Shown here: piece by piece, positions 24,844 through 37,981 of the stretch
How positions within the stretch are numbered: the first letter of the stretch is position 1
How the letters are laid out: each line of letters starts with the position of its first letter
Assembly: GCF_018350175.1 (NCBI RefSeq)
Contig: NC_058369.1
Coordinates: forward strand, 10,666,001 to 10,730,000
Reading direction: 5' to 3'
DNA: 64,000 nt
Source of the DNA: Felis catus
Lineage: Eukaryota
Position numbers and translations under genes: made by a program
Notes under the pieces: generated by a model
What the model was told of the DNA's origin: nothing
Database searches by the model: none
The model's input: only the letters and a program-made list of their open reading frames with translations

Positions 24844-26502
24844 ATTTCATGTATTTTTAGAAACATATAAATAATGTGGCAAATTGAATACTTAAAATGT
24901 GATAGGAGGAGACAGGGAGTAAATGTGAAATGCTTCTTCTGTGGGTTGAAAACAGGTACCTGTTAGAGTATCTGCTTTTGGAGAAAAATCATTGAACATA
25001 CCGGAATTTATATATGAATTTCCAGGGTTTTATGCCAATTCACCTTGGCAAGTGATCATATCTATAAGAGCAGAGCCACTGGGAACCCTGTGTGATTAGT
25101 TTACAATAATCCACATTCAGTATGCAATCTGTAGTTTCCCCTCACACAGTCCTAACCATAAATTAAGTGTGAAGGTAACAGAAATTGCAGCTCCTGCTGT
25201 TTCAGGCCTTGATGGTGTCAACCTTGGTGATTCTCCCAGGGATGCATTATTACTTTTCTTTTAATATTTGGTAGGCGGCAGCACTGTCTTGTGACTTCCC
25301 TCAGCACCTCCTACCGTAATAGGCTCTTCACAGATCTCATGCACAATAAGGCTACTCTGCCCATTGCCACCTCCATCTTTTCTAATATTGCACCCCAGGA
25401 ATTAGCAGTGAGATCAGGATACACTTATGGACCTAACCTGTGCTGTGCGAGACAGAGTAAGACGAATGTCTCCTTATCACCTGATGCCAGAGTCCCCCAC
25501 TTGGATTGTAGGCAATAATGGTAATTCCCTATTCCCTGATTCACAGTTTTCCAGCTGAAAGTTCACAGGTCTTTTCAAACACTAGTATGCAGATAAATGT
25601 TCATGGAATGATATCTCAAATGCACAGACAAAAAGAAACAGGGAAAGCAAGAAGAAAGGAAGAAAATAAAAACAAAGGAATAAGAAGAAAGCTTCTTTAT
25701 AGCATTTGCCAATTTCCATGGTATAGTTGCTCTCATCTTGCCCAATATCAAGGCACCAATTTTGGTTCAGACCACAGTCCCCATGAACCATTATAAGCTG
25801 GCCAGCGCCATCATCTCAGAGCCTTTGGGTTGTGTTTGGAGGAAAATGTAAAACATTTGTTGTCATTTTACAGCCTTCCATCAGGTGTAAATGGTCCCAT
25901 CAATTGAGGATCTGGGTCAGTGAACAGTCTCAGGACTGATAGAGATTATGACCCCTTATTGTGGTGACTCAGGTCAATCTTGTCTTCATGATTATTAGAG
26001 GTGGATTTTTTTTTTTTTTAGTTACACAAATCAGATGTGCCCTTGGTGAGCTGCCCATCAATTTTGTCTCTTGGAGACACCCTGATGAATTTGTCATTTC
26101 TAAAAATTCCTGTGGCCTCACCAATTTGGATGAAAATGATTAACTCTTACATGCACTATGAATAGCATACCTCAAATGGTGTTGGACTGCTGCTGACATG
26201 GCCTCTGGCAGTTAAGGAGGGGCTGAAGTCAGGACAAAGGCATTTCAATTTCAGCATGTCCATGGTAAGTCTGTCATATGGAGGGCAAGCTCTGTAGAGC
26301 TTGTGAGGGAAGACTTTAGGCGCTTCCGAAGGTAGTTCTCAATGACCTTATGAATTTTATGTCGTCTGAAACCTCAGTTTTGGTATACTTTGGGGTTGAG
26401 ACATTGAATCACACAAGATAAACATATCATGATGCCCTTGTCTCCTTGTATTTTGGATTCCTTCTTCTATGTCATATTAAGCTATTTATGGCACTGAAAT
26501 TC

Positions 26503-26721
26503 TTTTTTTTTTTTTAAAGTTTATTCATTTACTTTGAGAGAGAGAAAGAAGTAGCTGGATTGGGATAGAAAGAGGGAGAGAGAGAATCCTAAGCAGGCTC
26601 CATACTGCCAGTGAAGAGCCCAATGTGGGGCTTGAACTCAGGACCCGGGCCTCAGGTCAGATCATGACCTGAGCCGAAATCTAGAGTCAGATGCCTAACC
26701 AACTGAACCACCAGGCACCCC
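26503..26721 (-). mobile_element. CAN-SINE
   Basis: TSD CTGAAATT(C/A)TTTT. Confidence 0.88.
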
Positions 26722-26765
26722 TGAAATTATTTTAGAACATGTCACTCTTTTAAAATTCTTTTTTG

Positions 26766-26980
26766 GGGGCGCCTGGGTGGCGCAGTCGGTTAACCGTCCA
26801 ACTTCAGCCAGGTCACGATCTCGCGGTCCGGGAGTTCGAGCCCCGCGTCAGGCTCTGGGCTGATGGCTCAGAGCCTGGAGCCTGTTTCCGATTCTGTGTC
26901 TCCCTCTCTCTCTGCCCCTCCCCCGTTCATGCTCTGTCTCTCTCTGTCCCAAAAATAAATAAACGTTGAAAAAAAAATTT
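26766..26980 (+). mobile_element. Young felid CAN-SINE
   Basis: GGGGCGCCTGGGTGGCGCAGTCGG head; TSD AAAATTCTTTTTTG. Confidence 0.96.
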
Positions 26981-27493
26981 AAAATTCTTTTTTGTTAGGG
27001 TAAAGGCTATATAAAATTTATTATTTTGAACACTTTGAGGTATACTTATGTGGCATTAAGTATTTTCTCTCTGTTGAGCAACCACCACCTCTATCAATCT
27101 CCAGAACTTTCTCATTGTCTCAAACTGAACCTTTGCGCCCTTGAAATACTACATCCGCATTGCCCCTTAGCCCAGCCCCTGTCTCCCACCATCCTACCTT
27201 CTCTCTCTAAAACCGAGTACTCTAGATACCTCACGTAGATGTCATTGTGTGAAACTGGTCCTTTTGTGTCTGGCTTCTGACACTTAGCCTTGTGTTTGAG
27301 AGTTTCACCCATGTTGTAGACTATGCCAGAATTCCGTTCATTGTAAAGACTGAATGCTGTCCCACTGTCTGCGTTCACGACACTTCGTTTATCTGTGTTT
27401 GTTGATGGACATTTGGCTTGTCTCCACATTTTCATTACTGTGAATAATCTGTTATGAAAACTGGTGTAGAAATATGTGTTTTGCTCCCTGCTT

Positions 27494-27590
27494 TGCATTC
27501 TTTTGGGGTGTTTAAGTGGGTATATAAACAGAAGGAAAATTACTGCATTCTTTTGGGGTGTTTAAGTGGGTATATAAACAGAAGGAAAAT
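27494..27590. repeat. Perfect 47-bp tandem duplication (period 50)
   Basis: TGCATTCTTTTGGGGTG...GAAGGAAAAT at 27494-27540 and 27544-27590. Confidence 0.97.
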
Positions 27591-27844
27591 GATAATTCTA
27601 CATTTTATTCTCATCAGCAAAGCACAACGGAGTTCCAGTTTCTTCACCTCCTCACCAACACTCATTTTCTGTTTTGGTTTTCCAACAGCCATCCTAGTGT
27701 GTGTGGCGTGGTATCACGCTACGGTTTTTATTTGCATTTCTGTAGTGATTAGTCATGTTGTGCATCTTTCATGTGCTGAGTAGCCATTGCTATAAATTCT
27801 TGAGTTCATTGCCTTTTTTTGTTTTTCAAAATTAGTTTTAGTTT

Positions 27845-27891
27845 TTTTATAAATGTATTTTTTATTTTTTAACTTTGCTTATTCCGAGAGA

Positions 27892-27933
<42 letters not shown>

Positions 27934-28112
27934 GCACGAGCATGAGGAGGGGAGCGGCAGAGAGAGAGAGAGGGAGAGAGAGAGAATCCCAAGCAGGCTC
28001 CATGCAGTCAGTGCAGAGCCAGAAGTGGGGCTCGAACTCACAAACTGTGAGATCATGGCCGAGCTGAAACCAAGAGTCAGACATTTAACCGACAGAAGCA
28101 ACCAGGCTCCCC
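27845..28112 (-). mobile_element. CAN-SINE with (GA)n
   Basis: TSD-like ATTAGTTTTA. Confidence 0.88.
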
Positions 28113-28694
28113 ATTAGTTTTACTTTTTTAAAAATTTATTTAAAAGTTTTAATTCCTATGTAGTTAACATACGGTGTAATATCAGTTTCAGGTGCATAAG
28201 GTAGTGCTTCAACACCTCCATGAAACACCCAGTGCTCATCACAGCAAATGCACTGCTCGATCCCCATCACCTATTTCCCCCATCTCCTCCTTTCCCCTCT
28301 GGTAACCATAAGCTTCTCCTCTCTCTCTTTTTCTCTTGTACTCATTTGTTTTGTTTCTTAAATTCCGCATATGAGTGAGGTCATGTGGTATTTGTCTTTC
28401 TCTACCTGACTTATTTTGCTCACCGTTATACTCACTGACTCCATCCAAGTTGTTGCAAATGGGAAGACATCATTCATTTTTATGGGTGAGTAGTATTCCA
28501 TTGTACATCTATACCAGATCTTTATCCATTCATCTTATCAATGGACACGTAGGCTGCTTCCATTATTTGGCTACTGTAAGTGATAGTGCTAAAAGCATAG
28601 AAGTGCATTTATCTCTTTGAATTAGTGTTTTGTATTTTTGGGGGGGTAATGACCCAGTAGTGTGATTACTGGATTGTAGGGTACCTCTGTTGTT

Positions 28695-29110
28695 TTTCTT
28701 CCAAGATTTTATTTAAGTTCAAGTTAGTTACCATAGAGTACACTATTAGTTTCTGGAGTAGAATTTAGTGATTCGTTGTCTGCATAGAATACATGGTGCT
28801 CATCGCAACAGGTGCCTCCCTTAATGCCCATCACCCATCTAGTCTCTCCCCCATCCACCTCTCTTCCAGCAACTCTCACTTTGTTCTCTGTGGTTAAGAG
28901 TCTCTTATGGTTTGCTGCTGTCTATGTTTTTATCTCATATTAGTTTTCTCTCCCTTTCCCTGTTTGTCTGTTCTGTCTTTTAAATTCCACATATAAATGA
29001 TATCATATGAAATTTGTCTTTCTCTGACTTATTTTGCATGGCACAATACATGCTAGTTCCATCCATGTCATTTCAAATGGCAAGATTTCATTCTTTATGA
29101 CGGTGAAGCA
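28695..29110 (-). mobile_element. Carnivore L1 3' fragment nested in block B copy 3
   Basis: TAGTTTCTGGAGTAGAATTTAGTGATTC and GCAAGATTTCATTCTTT match L1 3' UTR; absent from copy 1. Confidence 0.7.
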
Positions 29111-29356
29111 ACAAATGCCCTTCTATTTTTCACTTTTTGAGGAATCTTCATACCGTTTTCCACAGTGGCTGCAGCAGTTTGCATTCCCACCATCAGTGCA
29201 AGAGGTTCCCCTTTCCCCACATCCTCATGGGCAGTATTTTTTTAAAATATATATTGTAAAAGTTTGTATTATGGAAGTATTGATTCACTGTATTGTACAC
29301 CTGAAACTAATATGACACTGTGTGTTAACTAACAGGTATTTAAATAAGTTTTGCCT

Positions 29357-29540
29357 TAAAAAAAAGTTTAAAGAGAGAGAGCATGTAAGTGGGATAGAGG
29401 GGCGAGGGAGAGAGAGAATCCCAAGCAGGCTCCATGCACAGCACAGAGCCTGACACAGGGCTCGATCCAAGAATCCTAGGTCATGATCCAAGCCCAAATC
29501 TAGTGCAGATGTTCAACCGACTGAGATACCAATTTGCCCC
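29357..29540 (-). mobile_element. CAN-SINE
   Basis: GAGAATCCCAAGCAGGCTCC body. Confidence 0.85.
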
Positions 29541-29860
29541 AGCGCCACCTTTTTAAAATTGAGTTGGGTTTCTTTTTTCAAGAATTCTTGAAATTCTGTA
29601 CACAGTTTGGATATTAATCTTTTATCAGGTGTGTGATTCAGCAATAGTTTCTCCATTTTGCGGTTGCCTTTTCATTTGGAAATAGTGCCCTTCATGCACA
29701 AATATTTTGATTTTGCTGATGTAATTGTTTCTCTAGCTGCCTGTGTCTTTGGTGTTATATCCAAGAAATCTTTGTCAAATCCAGAGTCACAAAGATGTAT
29801 CTGTATGTTTTCTTCTAAGTGTTTATTTACAGTTTTATATCGTTTTATATCTTATGTTTA

Positions 29861-30088
29861 TTTTTTATTTTTTTAATATAATTTATTGTCAGATTGGTTT
29901 CCGTACAACACCCAGTGCTCATCCAAGTGCCCTCCTCAATGCCCATCACCCACTTTCCCCTCTCCCCTACCCCCCATCAACCCTCAGTCCATTCTCAGTA
30001 TCCAGGTCTCTTATGGTTTGCCTCCCTCCCTTTCTGTAACTTTTTTTCCCCTTCCCCTCCCCCATGGTCTTCTGTCAAGTTTCTTCAG
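29861..30088 (-). mobile_element. Short felid L1 3' end
   Basis: Perfect TSD ATCTTATGTTTA (29849-29860 / 30089-30100); matches the 3' UTR at 62150-62370. Confidence 0.92.
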
Positions 30089-31599
30089 ATCTTATGTTTA
30101 GATCTGTGATCCATTTGGAGTCATGTTTGTAGATGTGGAAAGAAGGGTCACCTTCCTCATTTTGCACGTGGATATCCAGTTTTCCATCACATTTGCTTCA
30201 AAGGACTGCCTATATACCATTGAAATATGCTGCAGTCTTGTCAAAAGGCATTTAGTAGTATGTATGAGGATTTATTTCTGGGCTCCCTCCTATTTCATTG
30301 AGTTATATATCTATTTTTCTTGTTGTTGTGAAAGCTGGTCATTGAAAAATTAAAATGTGGTAACTCCTCTGAGTATTATATTTTCCTCCTTACCCAACCA
30401 TTATTTTTGTTGAAGTATACTTTACAGACAGAGTTATATGAATTTCAGATGCACAATGTAATGCATCAGCAATTCTATATACTGCTCAGTGCTCATGGGG
30501 ATAAGTGTACCCTTAATTCCCTTTATCTGTCTCACCCAACCATAGCCACCTTTTCTCTGACAACCACCAGTTTGTTCTCCGTGTTAAAAGTCTGGTTTTT
30601 TATTTCTTCTTTTTTTGATGTTTGTTCATTTGTTTTGTTTCTTACATTCCACACAGGAGTGAAATCAAATGGTGTTTGTCTTTCTCTGATGGACTCATTT
30701 CCCTGAGCACCATACCCTCTAGGTCCTTCCAAGTCGCAAACTTACACAATGTTTATTACTTTTTTGCTCTTCAATGGGGTCCATTGATTCCCTATTTTTC
30801 CATCTACACTTTTCTTAGGGTATTGCAGTAGCAACAGTCTCTGTCTAACATTGTTGCAGGATGAGTTTTTCACAGGGAGAGCTTGGTCCTGGACATCCCG
30901 TCATGAGATCTGCACTGACTTTCAGCTATTTTCCTAAATACGTGTCAAGCTGAGAGCCAAAATATCAGCATCTCTGCTCTCTGAATGCTGTCTAAAGGCT
31001 CAGGGTAATTTTTGAATTGCCATTCTTGCCTTCTGATTGTTGGTAGCAAGTGTGAAGTATTTCCCTCATTGGCTGCCAGATTTCATCTTGGAGTGCCCTT
31101 ACCACCTTCACCCACATGAAGACTCGGGACAATTAGTGGCTTGTTTGTGCAGCCTTCACCCATCTCTTCTGGAAGAGGTGACTATGTTGGTATTCTCTTC
31201 ATCAGGTGCCAGTGCCTCTTCAACTTAGCACATTCATTTATCTTTTTTTCTCACTCTGTTGAGACTGTGAGCTCCTCAAGAGAAGAGACCATTTCTTACA
31301 ACTTTCATCCTTCCCAGGATGCAGTTTAGTGCCTAGTGTAAAGCAACTGCTAATGAAGTGTTAGTAAGATGCTTAAGGAAGCAAATGGTTGAGTGATATT
31401 AAACAGACATTGCCCACAGTGAAGGAGAAAGGAGAAGTAGGAGAAAAGGAGAGACAATGTGGAGGCTGGGAGTTCCATGATTGTGAGCCAACAGAATGTG
31501 TACAGATGGGAGAAAGAAAAGAGTCAAGGAACACAGAATTTCTGAGTAAAGAATTGTATACTTATGACGGGGTGCTCTGACTTATTGGCGAGAATGTCT

Positions 31600-32007
31600 A
31601 AAGACAGTGGATCTCCTTTTGAGATAAGAGAGTTTAATGGCATAAGAGACCTTCAGGGAATTCCAGGCTGTGTTCCAACACTGGGATGAGTTTGCATTCT
31701 TTTTTTCTCTCCTAGCTCCAGAGACCCTAGGCTCATAAGGGAAAGAGAGACAAAAGATTATTTCTTTAATGAGACTCATGGGAGTTTATTCCCGGCAGGT
31801 ACAGAAATTGAAAATGCCTTTGCCGCACCCAGGAAGCCGACTCCTGTAATCTCTGATGATATGAGCACATAGCCGTGTTCTAGAGCCTTCACGAGTGGGG
31901 CCATGTCTCTTCCCTTCCTGGGGACATAACTTCCAACCACATCACTCATCCATGGGAGAGACTGGGTCATTGATCTCCCGCTGTTCTGTGCTAACATCTG
32001 GGTGAGT
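31600..32007 (+). promoter_or_regulatory. Candidate promoter / 5' non-coding exon of OR-2
   Basis: Acceptor-like TTTTTTTCTCTCCTAG (AG 31714-31715), TAATGAGACTCATGGGAG (31767), O/E-like TTCCTGGGGA and ATCCATGGGA, consensus donor G|GTGAGT at 32002. Confidence 0.62.
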
Positions 32008-34234
32008 CAGGGCATCTTTAGAAGGACTGCATAAATGTGTTATGGTGGGAGGGACCCCTTGTATCTGTAGTTACTTTGGGGACATCAACAGGGACAATAA
32101 GTTAAGGAGAATTTTGATGCCAAGTCCTGCCCATTAAGGCTTTGATTCTGGAGGGCAACTCTGGACACACTAGACCATCTCTCCCTGATCTGTCTCCTCC
32201 ATAACACATGTCCTCCCCCTAACGTTGTCTCTTTATTTTATTTGTAATTGTTTTCATGAAAGACCACTCTTTCACAGGAGTCAGTGAAGGCTTTGCATAG
32301 AAGCTTATAGGTGCTGAGCCTTAAAGGGGTGTTGGGGATTTTTCATGGAGACAAGGGATGTGAGAAGTCCAGGAAGAAAGAACAGAGAAGGAAATTTAGA
32401 GATTAAGTAGAGTGGGAGTTGTGCTGCTGGAATTAGAAATACTCCTTACTGTCTGACCAACAGTCAGGAGCAGGTCTGCAAAATGAACCCAAATGAACCT
32501 GGCTGGATAGGCAATAGTCAGATTAAGAGACAATCTTACATTTTGGCTAGAAGGTCGAAATTGAAATCTGAAATTATGAAGTGTAAGTGCCGTTTTTATG
32601 TCAGGGGACAGCTATGACAAGGTCTTGTCTATGGAAAAACGACCCAGGTTATTGTGAGGAAGAAACTATTGCTGCATTCAGAGCGGGAGAGTGTTACTGA
32701 GGGATAGAAACAGCACCAGGCACAGAATGGGTCTCGGAGGGGTGGAAATCGTGAATCCAGAAATTCAGATGAATTTTTTCATTCATTCTTAAATGTTTAC
32801 TAGAAACAATGCAGATACCGTATAGTCATTATTTCATTGAAACATTTCAAAAACTGTACGTGGTATGATTACTTAATGTTACTGATGGGAAGAGTTACTG
32901 ACAGCAGCGACACTGGTCATACAGGGCACATACCAGACTCTTTGGGACAATCTCAGAACACGGTGTTTCCAAAGATTTTTTAAATTCAATAATAATTTTA
33001 ACTTTAATTGGCTTTCGTATTTGAACAGTGGTACATTTACAAAACAAACTTGCTGTGATTTTTCAAATGGTTCTCATAAGCTCCTTTCCAGTTTCTCCTG
33101 TTATGAACACATCCTCTCTCTTACACATGTTACTTTTAATCGTCCTATCTGTTGACCTTCCACATGCAGTGACTTTTTCCTCAGTCTTCCTTTGTTCTTG
33201 AAGCAATTGATAGTGCTAAGAGTACTGGTCAGGCATTCCGTAAGTCTTTTGGACTTGCCTTATTATTCTTTCTTTTCACGAGAAGACTGGGACGTGGATG
33301 TTGGACAAGAATACTAGAGAGGGAAAGAGGCATGTTCATTTCCTGACATCAAGGGTACACACTATCAACATGACTATTTCTCATTGGTGTTGATATCAAT
33401 GTCCTGGCTGACACGGGATTTGTCAGATTTGTCTTTCCCCTTTCTTTCCATCCTGTAGGAAATTTCTACGCACAACCCCATCTTTAAGTAGTGGTAGTTA
33501 TTGCACACCTCCTTAAGTGTAGAATATTTTTGTAAATCATTGGTTTTCTTCTACACTCGAGATTGTGTCTTCCATATTTTTTTCAATTATTTACATTATA
33601 TACTCTGTGTTATAACCCAATACTACTTTATGTTGTTGCTCAAATTGTTTCAGCTGTGGCAATGGAGAGCTCCTTCAGTTACTGATATGTCCCTTTGGCA
33701 TGTCTCCATCATTCTTGGCTTTTGGGGGGTAGCATTTCATTACTGTCTTACAGGAAAAGATGCTTCAGCTTCACCTTCAGCTTACTGTACTTTCCTACAG
33801 AGCTCTCCAATCAGTCATTTCTGCAAGGAGCCCTGTTTTATTTTGTTGGATCATGGGATGAGATTCAAGAGATTGGTACCTGCTGTGCTTGTTGCTACCA
33901 GGGTCTCTATATCCCCTCAACTGACCTGGCAAAGACACATGAGTGTTTACTACTCTGTGTATATGCAGACATCCATACATGTGTCTATATGTAACCCTCC
34001 GTATTTTTATATAAGCTGAAGCAAGTTCATACTGATGGCTCCAAAATTAATTTGTCACCAAAGGATCATAAGAGCTACACCACCTTGCTTACATGTAAAA
34101 TGACACAACAAATGTGATACCTCATTCCCACCATTTACTATCCATTTCCTTATATGTTCAATTTCAGTTCACATGTGCAGGAGTATCAGCATTGCTAACA
34201 ATAACTTCTGGATACACTTTAACAAGTATGGTGC

Positions 34235-34453
34235 TGGAGACCCATGGGGGAGGGGAAGGAAAAAAAAAGAGGTTAGAGAGGGAGAGAGCCAAAGCATAAG
34301 AGACTCTTAAAAACTGAGAACAAACTGAGGGTTGAGGGAGGATGGGAGGGAGGGCAGGGTGGGTGATGGGTATTGAGGAGGGCACCTTTGGGGATGAGCC
34401 CTGGGTGTTGTATGGAAACCAATTTGACAATAAATTTCATATGTTAAACAAAA
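34235..34453 (+). mobile_element. Short felid L1 3' end in the OR-2 intron
   Basis: Perfect TSD AACAAGTATGGTGC (34221-34234 / 34454-34467); empty site near 13250 in the OR-1 unit. Confidence 0.92.
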
Positions 34454-35612
34454 AACAAGTATGGTGCAGCACCTGTGTGCAATTTCTTTCAAGTCCAGTT
34501 TTACACTCTTCTCTTTTCCCAGATCTTGCCTTTCTTCACATTTTTTTGCTTCACGTTTTTGTTTCACTGAGAATGTGTCATGCAATTGTAATACAGTTAG
34601 ATTGTTTATTTTCACTTGGTGCACTCCATTCTAGGATTCCATCGGCCCCCTGAGTTTTATGTTCGCCTTGACTTATATTCCGCAACTTTACTGAATTCGT
34701 TTATTACTCTAACAGTTTTTCTTGTTTTTAATGTCTTTTTTTAGTAACACCACCTTTTGTGAAGAGGAATCATATTACTTCTTCCATTCTGATTTTGATG
34801 CCTTTTATTTCCTACTTTTCTTTCTTTTCTTTTTTCTTTTTTTTTTTTTTTTTTGGCTAGTTGCTCTGTCTGGAACAGGCAATGCCACGTTGCGTAAAAG
34901 GTATGAAAACAAACATGCTCGTCTTGCCTTATCTTAGGGGTTGCTCTCAGTGTTTCACTATTGAGAATGATTTTAGAGGTGGGTTTTCATATGACCTATT
35001 TTGTGTTGTGGAAGCTTCCTTCCATTCTTAGTTTTTTAATGCTGTTACTATTAAGGAGCACTCCACTTTGTACCATTTTATTTACCATCAGTTGATATAA
35101 TCATGTGCTTTTGCCCTTCATTCTGTTAACGTGTTGTACTACACTGAAGGAGAGTTATTAATTAAACCATCCTTGCCTTCCAAGTATAAATCCTACTTGG
35201 TCATGATGCAAAATCCTTTTCTACACTATGATCAAAAGCCTGCTATGCTTAAATAAGTTCTCATCAATATTTCATGGGAATATTGCTCTGTAGTCTTCTT
35301 TTCTTGCAATGGCTTTTCATGGCTTTGGTATCAGTGCAATGCTGACCTGGTAGAATAAAGTATGAAATATTTCCCTTTGAAGACTTTGAGAAAGACTGAT
35401 GTTAATTCTTTTAATTCTGTGTGGTTCTAGTGGTCCTTAGCCATGACCAGTACATTGGAATGCCTACATTACAAAATGCAATTCTCCTAGGAGAAAGGAG
35501 CTCTTTGACTTATGGTGTAGCCTGTCCTCTGCTTTCTAAAAAGATGTGCTTCAGCTACAAGAGTATACGGTACCACAATAATGGAGAACTCTGTCTCTCT
35601 CCCTACCCACAT

Positions 35613-35652
<40 letters not shown>

Positions 35653-36671
35653 ATATGTGTGTGTAGTGCAAAGAAAATTTATTAGTGAAGTACATACCCA
35701 TAAAGCATTTATAGAAAGATGAAGCTGTCTTATGCAATAGAAAATGCAGAAATTAGACCAACTGGACCCAGAGTAAAGGTAGAGAGAAAGAGAATTATGC
35801 AGGAATGAATTATGTTCCATTTGTATACATTACATCAAATGTATCCTGTTGTAGACAGACATCATATATAACATATACATATAAAAATGATGGTGAACTG
35901 TGGTGTCCATTGCCTTAGAATGTTTCCACAGATGCAGAAGGCTTTGAGCTCTTCTCTCTGCTATTTGCATCCAACTCCTACTCCTGTTGTGTTACCTGCT
36001 CTGCTCACAACATTCTCTTTGATGTTGCCTGATGCTTTCATGTGAGCTCTTGATTCAAGTTCTTTCCACATGCGATTTCTCTGCCTTCAGTGTTTTTTTT
36101 CAAAGATATCTGCACGGTTCATATATTTCTTAGTTTTCCAGCTCAGAAGCTCCTAATCGCACATGATACAAAGGCAGGTTTCTCTTCCACTTAGGACAAC
36201 GTTGTCCTGAATTATTTTACCTGTTAGTTGTAACCACCACTTGAAACGTCATTTATTACTTTATTAATATTCTATTCCTCCCTGTGAGACACACACATCT
36301 GAGACTCAGTCTTGTTAAGGTCAAACACACATCACTACTTTTTGCTATGCTTTCAACAACACTTGTCACAATATAATTTGTAAATTTTGTTGGGTCAAAA
36401 AAAAAGGTCTCAGGAAATTTATGGAGAAGAACATTGCTTTGAATAATTGTTTTGATTCAGAACAAGAATTGCAAACAGTTTCAGACTCATGGAAAACATG
36501 GAACATTCAGATTCTCTGAAATTTTCTGGTACCTATTCAAGAATGGTAGGGAATGTATAATGATTAATGAGTGAAGTATGTTGAAAAACACAGCATTTCT
36601 TTCAATTCTGTGATCACTCCCTGTGCCTTTACAATGCTCTTGTCTCTGTTCCAGCTGTTTTCACCAGACAC

Positions 36672-37640
36672 ATGGAAGGAAGAAATCAAACCCGTGTGAC
36701 AGAATTTATCCTCTTGGGACTCTCAGATGAGGGGGAGCTGCAGTCACTGCTCTTTTGGCCATTCCTGTCTATGTACCTGGTCACCTTCACTGGGAACCTG
36801 CTCATGATCCTGGCCATTATCACAGACTCCCGCCTCCACACACCCATGTACTTCTTCCTCTCCAACCTGTGCTTTTCAGACATCTGTTTCACCTCCACCA
36901 CCATTCCAAAGATGCTGCTGAACATCCAGATGCAGAGCAAAGTGATCTCCTACAAAGGTTGTCTCAGCCAGACGTACTTTTTCATGCTTTTTGGAGTATT
37001 AGACACCTTCCTCTTGACCGTGATGGCCTATGACCGGTTTGTGGCCATCTGTCACCCACTGCACTACATGGTCATCATGAATCCCAAGTTCTGTGGCATC
37101 CTGCTCTTGGGATCCTGGGTATTGAGTATTTTTAACTCTCTATTACTTGACTTACTGATTTTGCGACTCTCTTTTTGCACAGATCTGGAAATCCTTCACT
37201 TTTTCTGTGAACTTAATCAGCTGATCCAACTTGCTTGCTCTGATACCTTCCTCAATGACCTGATGATCTATCTCACAAGTGGATTTCTGGGTGTTGTTCC
37301 ACTCACTGGTATCCTGTTCTCTTACTCTAGAATTGTCACTTCCATTTTGAGAATTTCATCAGTGAGGGGCAAGTATAAAGCATTTTCCACGTGTGGGTCT
37401 CACCTCTCAGTGGTCTCTTTGTTCTATGGTACAAGCCTTGGGGTGTATCTGAGTTCTGCTGCTGCACAAAACTCCAGGACAAGTGCCATAGCCTCAGTCA
37501 TGTACACAGTGGTGGCACCCATGCTGAACCCCTTCATCTATGGCCTGAAGAACAGAGACATCAAGCAAGCCCTGGGAAAGCCCTTGAGCAGAGGGATGTT
37601 CTCAGCATATAAGATTCTTTGTTTCAGGATAAAGACTTGA
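36672..37640 (+). CDS. Olfactory receptor family 7, intact, 322 aa; close paralog of OR-1; called OR-2
   Basis: Uninterrupted ORF with [39 protein letters not shown]; about 40 of 322 residues differ from OR-1 (hand count). Confidence 0.97.
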   Translation: MEGRNQTRVTEFILLGLSDEGELQSLLFWPFLSMYLVTFTGNLLMILAIITDSRLHTPMYFFLSNLCFSDICFTSTTIPKMLLNIQMQSKVISYKGCLSQTYFFMLFGVLDTFLLTVMAYDRFVAICHPLHYMVIMNPKFCGILLLGSWVLSIFNSLLLDLLILRLSFCTDLEILHFFCELNQLIQLACSDTFLNDLMIYLTSGFLGVVPLTGILFSYSRIVTSILRISSVRGKYKAFSTCGSHLSVVSLFYGTSLGVYLSSAAAQNSRTSAIASVMYTVVAPMLNPFIYGLKNRDIKQALGKPLSRGMFSAYKILCFRIKT

Positions 37641-37780
37641 GTAACAGGGCTCCAAACCCTAGAAAACCTAGATCATGATATTTGTATCAGTTCATAGATT
37701 GACAAACTGCAGTTTATCTTTTTACAGTATTTGATTGATAGAAGTTTTTCATACATTATGAGCAACTATTTCTTCTGTCA

Positions 37781-37981
37781 TTTTTAGTGTTTATTTATTT
37801 ATTTTGAGAAAGAGAGCAGGAATGGGTGTGGAGGGACAGAGGGGTTGAAGGAATATCCCAAGCCACATCTATCCTATCAGCACAGAGCCTGAAGTGGGGC
37901 TCAATGCCACAATTTGTAAGATCTTGACCTGAACCAAATCAAGAGTTGGACACTTAACTGACTGAGCCACCCACGCACCCC
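37781..37981 (-). mobile_element. Older CAN-SINE just 3' of OR-2
   Basis: Ends GACTGAGCCACCCACGCACCCC. Confidence 0.85.

Larger units (their letters stand above)
24572..26737 (+). repeat. OR 3'-flank block F copy 2, with no OR gene in front of it
   Basis: Begins TCTTCTGTACTTCTTTAAAACTGTTTAGAC, matching 18146 onward, directly after a truncated L1. Confidence 0.88.
26738..30750 (-). repeat. Duplicated block B copy 3
   Basis: Colinear with copies 1 and 2; shares an internal L1 insertion with copy 1. Confidence 0.85.

Noticed and set aside
26763..26969. Repeated short ORFs such as MGAPGWRSRL... and MNGGGAEREGDTESE...
   Set aside because: Translations of CAN-SINEs.
23815..27590. CRISPR-like direct repeats
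   Set aside because: Only two-copy local duplications in mammalian repeat DNA, with no spacer array.
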